From: Heterodontus francisci
Lineage: Eukaryota
NCBI RefSeq assembly: GCF_036365525.1
Contig: NC_090394.1
Span: forward strand, 70,528,741 to 70,592,740
Length of the DNA stretch: 64,000 nt
Direction of reading: 5' to 3'
The notes beneath the pieces were generated by a model. It did no database searches. It was given only the letters and a program-made list of their open reading frames with translations, and had not been told where the DNA came from. Shown here piece by piece: positions 1 to 12,999 of the stretch; the first letter of the stretch is position 1, and each line of letters begins with the position of its first letter. Position numbers and translations under genes: made by a program.

Positions 1-1330
1 TCGCCTTTTTAAACAACAACAGAAAAACGGGAATCTGTGCAGAGAAGGAAGTTCACATGCGATAGGAGTTCGGTGGAGGAGGAAGAAAGTTAAGGGACAT
101 TCCCCTGGAGGGGGAAGTTGATTTAGCGAGAGAGTCGGTCTGAGCGAGCTGGCAACATTGGGGCCATTGTTTGGGAGGGAGAGGACTCAGTGTGGAGGAG
201 ATCCGGCGGCGATGTAATGCCGGAGAGCTATGCCTTATAGGAATGTTCATATTTCAGCAAAGCAACATGGCGTCTCAGTCCCCAAGAAGTTTGGACTTTG
301 CAGCCCAGTTTTTCTCTGCCTCCTCTCGCTTGTCTTGTGCCTGGAAGCGGTGGCCGAGCAGCCGGATTGCTTGCCCTGTCCCCCGGCGTGTCGGTGCCCG
401 CGGTGGGAGTTCTCCTGTACGGTTAATTGCTCCAACGCTGGGCTTCAGCAGGGACCAGGAGTGATGGAGCTACCTCCCAACACCACTGTACTGTAAGTCA
501 CTGTGGATTATTAATCAGACAAGGTGCAAATCATGTGCACGTTTGCAAGTTTTGTATCCTTTGCAATTTAAAGTTACATTAGAACTCTTGATAATGAACC
601 AGATTCATCAAATCTACTATGCACCTATTGAAGTGTAACCCCAGCTCTGTCAAAGTGGCTTCCTCTTGAATCTTGACGCAGAGCATTTTAATACATTTCC
701 ACACAAAAAAAAATTGGACAGTGCTGAATAAATTAGCCCCTCACTTTTGTTTGCTCCAGCCACCAGTTCCAAACGGCCGACATCGATTTAAACACTTTTA
801 ATTTTGTGCAGTACAGGAGTGTGGTTGAACTCAGCAATGGCTAAAGAATGTGTAATATGTGACGCCCCGGGCTGGGCGAAGCTGTACTGTTGGTGTGTCT
901 GCAGTTGTTAACTGACCATCTCCAACTCCAGCAACTGTTTTCGGGAGGGGAGAGGGGAGAGACTTCAGGGCAGTAGTTAATTCCATAAGGTTTTTTTTTT
1001 AAGTAGGCGGTGGGAGACTTCAACCAGACACTACCAATTTGGGAAAATAAGTCTCATATTCCTTTTTCCTGTATTGGAGCTGGAATGTCTTAACGTAATG
1101 TGGAAGGAACTCGAATGTCATAAACAGATTTAAATGTTTTTAGAGACAGCCTCCGTCCCAATCCACAGCGAAACCTTCGGTTGCCTTTGATCCGGTTTCC
1201 GTGGCTATTCTGAAGTGTACCGTTTGTTATCTGTACAAAAAATGATTAGCAATACCCACTCTATCAGCCCATTCGTTTTTGTCAATTATTATCTGGTATT
1301 GTGGCTGCTGTTTGGGGTACGATTTCCATA
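1..1330 (+). promoter_or_regulatory. CpG-enriched promoter / 5' UTR / first-exon region
   Basis: CpG dinucleotides are visibly more frequent than in the non-repetitive intron downstream; the region surrounds the first coding exon. TSS not determinable. Confidence 0.5.
230..492 (+). CDS. pkd1: First coding exon of polycystin-1 (PKD1)-like gene: signal peptide + cysteine-rich LRR N-cap
   Basis: ORF MPYRN...FLCLLSLVLCLEAVA (hydrophobic h-region) then CLPCPPACRCPRWEFSCTVNCSNAGLQQGPGVMELPPNTTVL, resembling human PC1 exon 1 (CGPCEPPCLCGPAPGAACRVNCSGRGLRTLGPALRIPADATAL). Ends CT|GTAAGT, a phase-2 donor inside the final Leu codon, as in human PKD1 exon 1. Confidence 0.78.
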
Positions 1331-2039
1331 ACGTTGCAAAGATTCGGTAAAGCTCCATGGGTCTGAGATCTACTTAATTTCACTACAATCTGTAAATAAT
1401 TAAAAAAATGAATTATTATTGGCAAAATCTCTTGGGGAGCTGGATTTAGCCAAGTGGAGTGGGTTTTTATAACAAATTAGAAATAACATTAAAGAAGCAG
1501 TCGGGTTTCAGTAAAGTGTGCTATTGGCTAGGTGACATTTTGGAATGTGTCCCTCTCAGTAATAAGTTCTCTCTTTACATAATTGAGTTGTGGCTGGGGA
1601 GATGTATTTGGGTAATGGAATATTAGGAAGAAATATTGGTTACAAGTCTGATACTGGCAATGATTGCTAGGGGAGTAATTTGAGGTGATATATTTGAGGT
1701 GATGCGTTGCCTGGCATTGAGTGGATTGGCTCAGGAGTGACTTTGGATTATTTTCCTACTTTCAAATGCATTAAATAAGGCCAAGTGGCAACAGTGACAG
1801 AGTTCTGTTTAGCTATTTCTTTTGTTGAGAATTGCTGAGGATTTATCCTATCCTGCACTATGCATTTCCTCCAGTTTATACTTACAGTGAGAAATATACT
1901 AACATTACTTTGAAGATTTTAGATTGATAGGATACAATAATAGATCACCTGGACTTTGTGAAGCTCACTGAAACTTCTGATTATATTATAGCCTGTTTTA
2001 CCTACATGGTTAGATTATTTGTTCCCCTTCTCACCCCAA

Positions 2040-2305
2040 TTTCCTACGCTCCGCCATTGGCGACCGTGCCTTCAGCTGTATGGGTGTTAGGCTCTGGAAT
2101 TCCCATCCTAAACCTGTCCGCCTCTCTCTCTCCTCCTTTAAGACGCTCCTTAAAACCTACCTCTTTGACCAAGCTTTAGCTCACCTTTCATAACATGTCC
2201 TTATGTGGCTCGGTGTCAATTTTTGTCTGATTACATTCCTGTGAAGCACCTTGGGGGGGGGGTTTACTACGTTTAAGTTGCTATATAAATGCAAGTTGTT
2301 GTGTT
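2040..2305 (+). mobile_element. L2-clade LINE 3' fragment
   Basis: Resembles the L2 ORF2 C-terminus (G.RAFS....LWNS.P.....SL..FK..LKTYLF..AF) followed by tail GCTATATAAATGCAAGTTGTTG. Confidence 0.7.
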
Positions 2306-2464
2306 GTTACCATGCTGTGAAGACCACCATAGCTTTAGACAAAATGCCCACCGTGACAATCTTTCTGATGGTTCAAACAGTTGTTGGACCATATGACAGA
2401 AAGAGAAGTACAAGTGGAGCTATGATGGAAGTTCCCTCACCAATCACTGTCCATGAGAGGAAGT

Positions 2465-2870
2465 CCGTGGTGCAGTGTTAATGTCACTGAACTAGTAATT
2501 CAGAAGCCCATGCTAATGTTCTGGGAGCATGGGTTCAAATCCCACCATGGCAGCTGAAATCTAAATTCAATTAGTTAACAAATTCAAGTAATGACTAAAA
2601 TCTGGAATTGAAAGCTAGTCTCAGTAACAGTGCCATGAAACAATCATCAATTGTTGTAAAAACCCATCTGGTTCACTATTTTCTTTAGGGAAGGAAATCT
2701 GCCACCCTTCCCTAGTCTGGCCTACATGTGACTCCAGACCCACAGCAATGTGGCTGACTCTTCACTGCCCTCTGAAATGACCTAGCAAGCCACTCAGTTG
2801 TCAAGGACAATTAGGGAAGGACAACAAATGCTGACCTTGCCTCCGATGTCCACATGAAAGAATAAAAAAA
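2465..2870 (+). mobile_element. tRNA-head SINE (family C), tail shared with the 40.6-43.2 kb LINE
   Basis: A-box-like GTGGTGCAGTG, B-box GGTTCAAATCCC, body repeated at 9.1 and 9.9 kb, tail CAAGGACAATTAGGG...AATAAAAAAA. Confidence 0.7.
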
Positions 2871-4489
2871 CAGTGAATGATACAGGAGATCAATCACCTG
2901 TGTCTGTGAATCTATGAAATGACCTAGCCACAGTGCAATGCAAGTATATCATTTCAAAAACACAAAGGCACATTCAATACTGAAAGAGTTAAAAAGATAT
3001 TGGAGGTGAGGAGGGCCGGGTTGGGGGAAGAATAATGGTGAATGAGTAGAGTCTTCAATTGGTTTGCTCCTGCACACACCCGTGATAACACATACAGATC
3101 CCAAAGCATAGAGGGATCCTTATATACTGCTGAAGGTCACCCTCTGACCACCAGTGACTACACAGTCTAAATATAAGTTGTTCTGTTTGTTTTAATCAAA
3201 GAGTTATTTGATCACACAGATGAGGTGCATGTTAATCTTGACCAATGGACCAAGGTGCTATCAGAGTAGCAACATTATAATGGACGTTTGAGAGGGAGGT
3301 GCAAAATTATGGGAAACTAAAGTCTTAATCAGAATGCCTTTTTAATACCATGTGGAGAATACTGTAATTTGTAGGGACTGTGCCTTAGAGCGACCCAAGG
3401 AAAGGTGACTGACTCATACTGCTGACACTGCAATGCTGTGGCTATATTAAGTGGATGTCTTCACATATGTGCAAGCAGTCACAGGCAGATTGCTGCTCAA
3501 GTGGCATCCAACACACAAATCAATGAGCCATCAAATAAACAGAAAACCTCTTGGGTTTTGATGTGTTATGACAATTGACCTTACTAGATATTATATAATT
3601 TGTGGACCTGACCAAATATAATGCCCTCTTATTTTCACTGCTGATGTGTTTTTGTAATGGCTGCTTCTATATAAATGTAATATTTATATGGAGAATAACA
3701 GATAGAGATGATGTTACAGATTCTCAGCAATCTTTTACATTATTTTGTTATTGGCAAGCTCAGGCTCAGAATTTTGTAATCATCAGAACATGAGCATATA
3801 ATGATAAATGGCTAATTAGTTCATCCATTTAATTCCTTCCATTGACCATAGATGATCTACCCTATCATGTCTCTAACCCACCCATTTAGTCTTCTGAAGG
3901 AAAGTTAAGTGTAATATTCCATAATCTCAGAAGTGTACCAAGCATTGAACTCAGAACAGATCCCCCCCACCCCCCCCAGTGCAATACTAGTTACTTAGTT
4001 ACTGTCCCCTACCCTACAGAATGCTTGTTTTTATCCTAGTTATATATTCCCTGCTTTCCATTACCTATCCAGTTCAATCCAGACAATTTACTTAACTTCT
4101 TTGAAAGTCTCACATGTGGAACTTTTTCAAAAGCCTTATAAAAGTGATATAAATGATATTCTACTGGATACTCTGTCACTAATTGAATTACCACCTCAAA
4201 GAATATCAGTAGTTTAATAAGGCATGACCCAATCGTTCAAAATTATTCGAGACCTTATTACAGTAATTCTCTGGACAAGAAATTACAATGCTCAAAGGAG
4301 CTACTGAGCTCCAAAGAGGTTTTTAGGAAAGGATAAATAAAAATTATTATTTGTTTAGTGTTTTTCTTTGAACTCTTATAGGGATATGTTCAAGGTGAGG
4401 GACACCAGTAGGTGAAATATTGAATAGGTACAAAGTTTTCCCTCTTCTGATACCTGACCAATGACCTCCTAGAACTGTGCCACTTTTTT

Positions 4490-5045
4490 TTATTTGTTCA
4501 TGGGATATGGGTGATGCTGGCCAGGCCAGCATTTATTGACCATCCCTATTAGGCCGTGACAAGGTGGTAGTGAGCCACCTTCTTGAACCGCTGCAGTGCA
4601 TGTGGTGTAAGTACTCCCACAGTGCTGTTAGGGAGGGAATTCTAGGTTTTTGACCCAGCAACAGTAAAGGAATGTTGATATGTATTTAAGTCAGGATGAT
4701 GTGTAACTTGGAGCTATAGTGTTCCCATGTGCCTCTTGCCATTGTTCTTCCAGGCGGTAGAGGTCGCTGGTTTGGAAGGTGCTGTCGAAGGAGCCTTGGC
4801 TAGTTGCTGCAGTGCATCTTGTAGGTGATGCACACTGCTGCCACTGTGCAGTGGTGGTGGAGGGAGTGAATGTTGAAGGTGGTGGACAGGGTTCCAATCA
4901 ATCGGGCTGCTTTCTCCTGAATGGTGTCAAGCTTCTTGAGTGTTGTTGGAGCTGCACTCATCCAGGCAAGTGGAGAGTATTCCATCACACTCCTGGCTTG
5001 TGCCTTGTAGTTGGTGGGCAGGCACTGGAGAGTCACGAGTCAGAG
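4490..5045 (-). mobile_element. 3' fragment of CR1-like LINE family B
   Basis: Minus ORF LPTNYKAQARSVMEYSPLAWMSAAPTTLKKLDTIQEKAARLI (post-RT region); same tail as 43.1 kb. Confidence 0.75.
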
Positions 5046-5847
5046 TCTTCAGGAGAAAAGACGAGAAAATATTATTTTTGTCACTGACAACGATTCCCCC
5101 TCCCCACGCAGTTTTAATTTCCTTCGTTTGCACACATTATTGCATCGGCATCGAAACATAAGAAAGATGTCCATGTACAAACAGCATGTTGATAAATTGA
5201 ACAGTTTATATTTGCATTGATACACCCGGAAGAACCGCCCCCCCCCCCCACTGAACATTGATGTATCTTTGGAGTGATTATATGTTTAATAAAATGTGCA
5301 TATAATTTAATGTGACAATTTGAAATATTAAAAGATCTTCAAAAATATTGTACAATTAATATTTCCATCCCTGAGAGAATTTCATTAATTGTGCAATGTG
5401 ATTGAGTGGGAACACACAATTGGGAAGTGAGATTGGATGACAGAGGTTACATTATTTATAAATACCAATAGAAATCTATTACCACTAAATTATGGGACAG
5501 TCATTTGATGTTTGAATCAATTTGAGTGCAGGCAAAGCTGTTAATGAACCACAATATAGTGTCACGTTAAAAAAAAAAAGGGAATCTGCATCACACTGCT
5601 CTTCACAAACTTGCTAATCAGAAGTGTGAGCCCCAGTTTTTTGAAGGCACGCCAAGTTCAATTGGCAAGCCAGTGGAGATAACATTCCCCATTATACAGT
5701 CTATGCCTCTAGATACTTTGTGGAAAAAGGTGGTTGTGCAGCAGTTGTTCGTATATTTGCTTTTAGTTGCAACCTTGATGCTATCCTTTTTCAACGGGAT
5801 TAGATAATTCAGCCACTGCAAATTCTACGAATGCCATTAAGAACAAA

Positions 5848-6610
5848 TTTGCATTTATCTAACAGCTTTCATGACCTCAGGATGTCCCAAAATGTTTTAC
5901 AGTTAATCAAGTACTTTTTTGAAGTGTAGACACTGTTATAATTTAGGAAACACTGCAGTCAATTTGGGCACAGCAAAGTCCCATAAACAATAATGCAATA
6001 ATGACCAGATAATCTATGTTAGTTTAAAGATGAATATTGGCCAGTACACAGGAGAGAGATACCCTGTTTATCTTTGAAATGGGAACTTATGCATCTACCT
6101 GAGAGGACGGGCATGGCCTCCGTTTCACATCTCATCCAAACAATAATATTTTATTTTAATTTAGAGATACAGCACTGAAACAGGCCCTTCAGCCCACCGA
6201 GTCTGTGCCAACCAATAACCACACATTTATACTGATCCTACATTAATCCCATATTCCCTACCACATCCCCACTATTCTCCTACAATCTACCTACACTAGG
6301 GGCAATTTATAATGGCCAATTTACCTATCAACCTGCAAGTCTTTGGCTGTGGGAGGAAACTGGAGCACCCGGTGAAAACTCACACGGTCACAGGGAGAAC
6401 TTGCAAACTCCGCACAGGCAGTACCCAGAATTGAACCCAGGTCGCTGGAGCTGTGAAGCTGCGGTGCTAACCACTGTGCCGCCCTAATATCTCTGTATTG
6501 GCAGAGTGGAGTGTCAAAGTCAACTTCATGCTTAAGACCATGAAGTGGGACTTGAACCTATAGACTTTTTGACTCAGAAATAAGCATGCTACCTCTGAGC
6601 TATGGTTAAC
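5848..6610 (-). mobile_element. Deu-SINE (SacSINE1-like), interrupted by an HE1 SINE
   Basis: Matches the other Deu-SINE copies; tail at 5848, tRNA head at ~6540-6610. Confidence 0.7.
6150..6484 (-). mobile_element. HE1-type V-SINE, full length, TSD TAATAT
   Basis: Minus strand: GGGCGGCACAGTGGTTAGCA (A box), GGGTTCAATTCT (B box), V-domain GGAGTTTGCAAGTTCTCCC...TTTCCTCCCACA, CR1-type tail GAAGGGCCTGTTTCAGTGCTGTA; TAATAT at 6144-6149 and 6485-6490. Confidence 0.88.
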
Positions 6611-7534
6611 CATTGATATCAAGTTACTCTAATCAACCCCTAGGAGACATGCACAGATAATGAACCATGAAGTTACTCAACCAGTTTTCATCTGTTTCTT
6701 GCACAGGCCAAGTGTACAATCACTGATATGTGTACACACCCGCTATACAGAAGAAGCTGGACAAGAGATAATGTAACCATAATATTCTGAAGAATAGACC
6801 ACTGAGACAAGTATAAAAAAAAAGCATATCCTCCAAACCCCCAGAGGTAATTCTCACCCTTTAGTAAATGGGAGACCAGAGAGTGAAACATTACAATTGG
6901 AATAAGGGCTATCCAAATAAGAATGTCTTTGAATTTTATGAAGGGTTTGGCTCTGATATTCTATATGGATATTGTCAATTAACAAAGAATTTTGAGTTGT
7001 TGTTACATCGGTTCATGTACTCTTAGAACACACTGGCAGTAATTGTGCTGTTGCAATGATAGTGTTCCAGAGGACTAAGAGTCCCAACATCCCATAGATG
7101 GATGGACTTTGGAATGCAGGAGGATATTCTCATCAAACTGCTCGGCAAGAACTGAATGTTTAGGGTGCACGCACTGATAGCAGCTTAAGCATGACCACAA
7201 GGGAGCAAACTGACTGCCACTGAATCGTGACGTTCCTACTGAAATGACATATCACACACTTCATTTTATATTTCATTAAATAATTAATCCACAACCCACA
7301 TTACTGTTTACATTTTCAGACTGAGGTGAATCTGTCATTGAGTCTCTTAAGGGAGCATGGAATGTACAGTATTTTTATGCTTTATTTCAATGGTCCATTC
7401 TTCAGCTAATCATGGTTAGACTACCCCTGGTCCAACTTCTTCTGTCTAGTAGGTGTGTGCACATATTTGTGAGTGTTTACTGGTGAATTACTGCCTGGCA
7501 CTTTCTTTTCATTAAAGATAATTTTTATTTCACA

Positions 7535-7865
7535 AATTTCACATTTATGTAGTCCTTTTTATGACCTCAGGATATCCCAAAGTGTCTAACAACCAATGAA
7601 ATACTTTTTAATTATGGAATACTTTTTGAATTGTAGATACTGTTGTCATGTAGGAAATATGGCAGCCAATTTGCAAGGAGCAAACTCCCACAAACACCAG
7701 GGTGATAATAACCACATAACTTGTTTCAGTAACACTCATCGGGGGATAAATATTGGTCAGGGCATCAGGGAGAACTCCAGCACTCTTATCAAATAGTATC
7801 GTGGGATCTTTTATGTCCACTTGAGAGGGCAGATAGGGCCTGATTTAACATCGTAGCTGAAAGTA
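7535..7865 (-). mobile_element. Deu-SINE, 3' two-thirds
   Basis: Homologous to the 10440-10890 copy. Confidence 0.7.
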
Positions 7866-8099
7866 TAGTGAGCTACATACACACAGGTCTATTTGTGCTA
7901 CTTGCACTCCACTGTGTACAGAATCCCAGGTTCCAGGAATCAGTGGCATTATAGATGAATAAACATACAGCTCTTGGGATAACACAGTTGTTTTAGTTAT
8001 GTAAACGTAGGGAGCTGATTATGCTCAAAGGCAATATTTCGCCAATACAAATTACATTGTCTGACGAGCATTTGTTGTAGTTGAGAACTCTGCATTCCA

Positions 8100-8340
8100 A
8101 CAATTCTGGCCTTTTGCCTGTCCCCCACTGTCTTCAGCTGCCTAGGCCCTAAGCTCTGGAATTCCCTCCCCAAACATCTCCACCTCTCTTTCCTCCTTTA
8201 AGACTTTGCTCAAGACCTACCTCTTTGACCACCCATTTGGTCACCTGCCCTAATGATATGTTCTTTGGTTGGGTGTCAATATTTGTCTCTGATTACTTGC
8301 CTGCAAAGTGCCTATGTTAAAAGCACTGTACTGATGGAAG
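8100..8340 (+). mobile_element. L2 LINE 3' fragment
   Basis: CTTCAGCTGCCTAGGCCCTAAGCTCTGGAATTCCCTCCC...ACCTACCTCTTTGACC, as in the 2040 copy. Confidence 0.7.
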
Positions 8341-9057
8341 TCATATTAAACTTGGATTCCAGACTGTGGTAAGAGAAAAGAAATGTTTTTCGCAAATACT
8401 TAAGAATATGTGATAGAATATAATGGGAAACATTTGGAGTACTCAAAATCCCGATAAATATGAAGAGGAAATAGCAAGGGCATGAAAGCCAAAAACTAAG
8501 ACTAAGCAGACTAAAATGAAGCGAGGATTGTACAAGGTCTGATCTCGGAACATGACGTAATGTCTACAAACTGGATAATGAATGTACCTTATGGCAAAGC
8601 TCAAACGCATAGAAACAGAAAAGAAAAAGATATGATTTTACTCGTGCATGGGATCTTCCGCCTGGTTTTAACTGTTTTTTTCACCAGGAACACAGCATTT
8701 TATCCCCAAACAAGTGGCGATGCTTTCGCTTCCTTGCCTACTGACTTCACTGGAGATGGATTTCCCAGTTCAAGAGAAAAGATTTCCGTGATGGAACACA
8801 TTTGTTCAATGCACTTGACTGGAGCAGGTCTTTGCTGTTCCCACACCCAGTGGACATCTTTCACGTCAAGACACCTTTCCACAACGAATGAGCATGAAAG
8901 TGGCAACTCACCTACATCCCTGTGCTCAACCAACGCAAGCTGAATGGTTGCACAGGAGTCGGTTGCTTAAAAAAAACTTTATTTTTACACTCATTTCAGA
9001 AAACTTGGAAACTTTGTGCTTTTAAGTAGGTAGTGGTAATGCTACTAGACCAATAGG

Positions 9058-9435
9058 GGGAGGTTGTGGTGTAGTGGTAATGTCACTGGACTAGCAATCC
9101 AGAGGCCCAGGCTAGTGCTTTGGGGTCAGATGGTGACATTTGAATTCAATTAATAAATCTGGAATTTTAAAAAAAAGCGCTAGTCTAATGGTGACCATGA
9201 AACCACTGTTGATTGTTGTAAAAACCCATCTGCTTCACCAATGCCCTTCAGGGAAGGAAATCTGCTGTCCTTACCTGGTCTGGCCTACATGTGACTCCAG
9301 ACCCACAGCAATGTCATTGACTCTTAAATACCCTCTGAAATGGCCTAACAAGCCACTCAGTTCAGGGTCAATTAGGGATGGGCAATAAATGCTGGCCCAG
9401 CCAGCGACACGCACATCCCATGAATGAATAAAAAA
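9058..9435 (+). mobile_element. SINE family C copy
   Basis: Head GTGGTGTAGTGGTAATGTCACTGG, body as 2465, tail GGGTCAATTAGGGATGGGCAATAAATGCTGG...GAATAAAAAAA. Confidence 0.75.
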
Positions 9436-9439
9436 AGAC

Positions 9440-9980
9440 ATGAGTTCAATTCCCATCAAAGTAGATGAGGAATTTAAATTTACTTCTAAAGTAAATCTAG
9501 AATAAAAAAGCTAGCATCACTAATGGTGACCACAAAACTACAAACTACAGTAACTTATATTTATGTAGCTCCTTTAACATAATAAAACAACCCAAGCTGT
9601 TTCACAGGAAAAGCAAAATTAGACACTGAACCACATCGGAAAATGGCCAAAAGCTTGGTCAAAGAGGTAGGTTTTAAGGGGCGTCTTAAAAGAAGAGAAG
9701 CAGAGACATTTAGGGAGGGATTTCCAGAGCTTTGGGCCGAGGCAGCTGATGGCAAAGCCACCATTGGTGGAGCGATTAAAATTGGGGATGCTCAAGAGGC
9801 CAGAGCTAGATGAGCACAGATATCGTGGAGGGTTGTGGGGCTGGAATCTGATTCACTAATGTCCTTTGGGGAAAGAAATCAGCCGTCCTTACCCGGCCAG
9901 GCCTACATGTGCCTCTAGACCCACAGCAATGTGGTTGACTCTTAGTTGCCCTCTGAAATGGCCCAAGTCACTCAGTTGTA
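9440..9980. mobile_element. SINE family C (+) split by an L2 fragment (-, ~9555-9845)
   Basis: SINE body stops at ~9545 and resumes ATCTGATTCACTAATGTCC at ~9846; the intervening sequence is a reverse L2 3' end. Confidence 0.65.
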
Positions 9981-10439
9981 CCAAACAGTCATGCATGCAG
10001 CGGCTCAAGTAGGCAGCTCAAAGACTAAAACCCAACCCCCATTGTGCATCAGCTGCGATCAACTGTGACTGATCAGTAAGCTCTGTTTACAAAGACCCAT
10101 TTGATGTGAATTTGAATTAGTCACTGATCCAAATCAAGGTCCACGTAAATGATGTCAGTGCAGACACGACACAAAAAGTAAAATGAAGACTTATATTCAG
10201 TAACTTGCTGAGCTGTAGAGAATGAGAGGTAGTAGTGCGTGTTAATTAGTCGGTGCAACACATTACATACATGGATATGGTAATCAGTTGCAAATGTGAA
10301 GGGAACACGTTGGGCTACATAAATGGTACGGTAGTCCCATGCCCAGTGTGAAGGGTTGTATAGTTTAACAAAGGTACTCCAATGCATGCACACAGTGAAA
10401 GAGATAAATACTGGAATCTCATACAAAAAAAGAAAATAA

Positions 10440-10890
10440 GATTTGCATTTCTATAGCGCCTTTTATGATCTCAGGACCTCCCAGAGCACTTTACAACCAA
10501 TTAAGTACTTTTTTGAAATGTCCTTACTGTTGTCTTGTAGGAAACACAGCAGCCAATTTGCACACAACATAGTCCCACAAACAGCAACAAGATAAATAAT
10601 CAGATCATTTGTTTTAGTGACATTGGTTGAGGGATAAATAATGGCCAGGGCACCCGGGGAGAACTCACCTGTGCTTCTTCAAGATAGTGCTGTGGAATCA
10701 CTGAGAGGGCAGATGGGGCCTCAGTTTAATCTCTCTTCCATAAAACAGCATCTCCAATGGTGCAGCACTCCTTCAGGACTGCGCTGGGAATGTTAGCCTA
10801 GATTATGTGCTTTAGGTCACTAGAGTAGGACTTGAACCCAGGCCCTGCTGACACAGATGTAAAAGTGCAACCACTGGGCCATAGTTGACA
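10440..10890 (-). mobile_element. Deu-SINE (SacSINE1-like), near full length
   Basis: Minus: tRNA head GTCAACTATGGCCCAGTGG...GGGTTCAAGTCC, central domain, tail GGCGCTATAGAAATGCAAAT. Confidence 0.8.
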
Positions 10891-10894
10891 CTGT

Positions 10895-11595
10895 GGGGTG
10901 AAGTTTTAGGCTGTCATGTGGGCAGGCATGGAGACAGGAGGGCATGGAAATTAATGCCACTGGCCGGCGTGCCAGTTCCCAGGCTCTAGTCCGCATCTGG
11001 GTCATTTTCCCAGCGGCAGGATGGGGAGGTGCCAGGGCTACCCACCCGCTAGCACAAATAGCCAATTGACCTCGTTAAAGGCCTATTGTCGGAGGCCGAC
11101 TGGAATTTTCCAGTTGGCCCCCAGGACCCTGGAAGCATCAGGGAACAGTATAGCTGCCTGAAGGCAGCCTCCCAGTGGCAGATTCGGGGGTGGGGGTGGG
11201 GGAAATGACCACCTCCAGGCTTGGAGGCCCTCCCTGCATGCCACAGACCTTCCTGTGGAGAGCAACCTCCACAATGTTGGCCTGGCTGCTGGGGCCATGT
11301 TTTAATTTAAAGTTATAAAAATTGGAGAGGGCACCTCCTAATGGGGTGCCCTGTCTCTCTCACTTACCTGAAAGGGTAGCCTGCTGCTTCTTCAGTGCCA
11401 TAGGGCCCCCTGTCAACCCTCCAGCTTCGAGAGCCCGTCTGCCATCCTTAATTGGATGGTGAACCCACCCTCTGGCCACTAATTGGCCAAATCGGAGAAA
11501 ATCACAGCCAGGTGATTGTTCCCCACACTGTGCGGGCGTCTGACTGCCATTTGACCATGATGGCAGGGATCCAAAGCCGGGAGGGAAATCATGTC
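10895..11595. mobile_element. Decayed GC-rich non-autonomous DNA transposon (Harbinger/MITE-like)
   Basis: GC-rich block starting GGGGTGAAGTTTT, similar to the GGGCTGAATTTT TIR at 52297, with internal inverted motifs (GCCAATT/AATTGGC; GAGGGCACC/GGTGCCCT); right TIR degenerate. Confidence 0.4.
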
Positions 11596-12284
11596 GTTAA
11601 GTACTATAATTCCTTGCATTAAAAACATGTGTGTGGTATGTTTCTTTGAAGTGATCAAGATTCATTCCTGACCGGTAGCTGATCAGAACGTTAGTTATTT
11701 CTACCATTCAGCTGGATTTGATTTGAACTGCTGCCTCTTGGCTATCTTGCGAGCCTGGAACAAAGTCTTTTGGAATTTCCATCTGGGGTTACGCTCACTT
11801 AATGGTTGCATTGGTCAGGCAGTCATTTCAGTCCAGCTCCAAATAGGCCAATTATCATCCATTATCATTTCAACAACCTGAGGTCCAGCTAAACAAGTTT
11901 GATCCGACTGAATTCTGATTCCAGTTTGTCCCATTGACAATGGTAGACTATCTCCCGTGGTGTTTCTGTCTTGCTTTATTCCATGAACCAAGAATATTTT
12001 TCAGAATATAGCTAAAAGAGCTCCTATTTCAATTCACAATAATTGATCTATCTAAAAATAAGTTGTCAAGCTCTGCTTCCATAATTGTTCCGATGAATCA
12101 TTAGCCATTCACCAGGGAACGCACGGGAAGCTTCGGTTTTGGGATTGAAGCTAAGATAGATCTGTAGTTGTTGGAGGCAGGATTTCTCTTCCCCAACTTC
12201 CACCCCAAAAGCATCAATTCCTTCTGCTTTCTCATGCACCCTTGCCCATGCGCTGTTATTTATTTGTGAACCATGACAGCAGGG

Positions 12285-12925
12285 GACATATTAAACCGAA
12301 ACCCTGTCTGCCTTCTCAGGTGGACGTAAAAGAAGATCCCACGGCACTGTTTCGAAGAAGGGCAAGAGAGTTTATTTTATTTGTAGATACAGCACTGAAA
12401 CAGGCCCTTCGGCCCACCGAGTCTGTGCTGACCATCGGCCACCCATTCATACTAATCCTACACTAATCCCATATTCCTACCACATCCCCACATTCCCCTA
12501 CCACCTACCTATACTAGGGGAAATTTATAATGGCCAATTTACCTATTAACCTGCAAGTCTTTGGCCGTGGGAGGAAACCAGAGCACTCGGCGAAAACCCA
12601 CGCAGACACAGGGAGAACTTGCAAACTCCACACAGGCAGTACCCAGAATTGAACTCTGGTCGCTGGAGCTGTGAGGCTGCAGTGCTAACCACTGCGCCAC
12701 TGTACCGCCCCCACCAGTTCTTACCAGTATCCTGACCAATATTTATTGCTCAATCAATTCCCAAAAAAACAGGCTATTTTGTCATTATCACATTGCTGTT
12801 TGTGGGACCTTGCTGTGTACAAGGTCGCTGGCGCATTTCCTACATTACAACTACATTTCAAAAGTCCTTCATTGGCTGTCGAGTGCTTTGGGATGGCTTG
12901 AGGTATTGTAAACCACTGTATAAAT
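12285..12925 (+). mobile_element. Deu-SINE interrupted by HE1
   Basis: TTAAACCGAAACCCTGTCTGCC...GAAGAAGGGCAAG, then HE1, then resumes TCCTGACCAATATTTA...ATAAATG. Confidence 0.7.
12372..12711 (-). mobile_element. HE1-type V-SINE, full length
   Basis: Highly similar to the 6150 copy: A/B boxes, V-domain, CR1 tail. Confidence 0.88.
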
Positions 12926-12999
12926 GGAGTTATTTCTTTTTCTTTCAAACTATTCAACCACAAGGACCATCACAGCCAAGCTTACTCCAGCATAGTCTA

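Noticed and set aside
171-464. 97-aa ORF as the real gene product
   Set aside because: No recognisable domain and it stops before the splice donor; the 230 frame has the signal peptide, LRR N-cap and correct intron phase.
6410-6484. tRNA genes (also at other SINE heads)
   Set aside because: A/B boxes are tRNA-derived SINE heads continuous with SINE bodies; no complete cloverleaf.
8560-8943. 127-aa ORF as a host exon or nested gene
   Set aside because: No LRR or other recognisable motif and no convincing splice-site pair.
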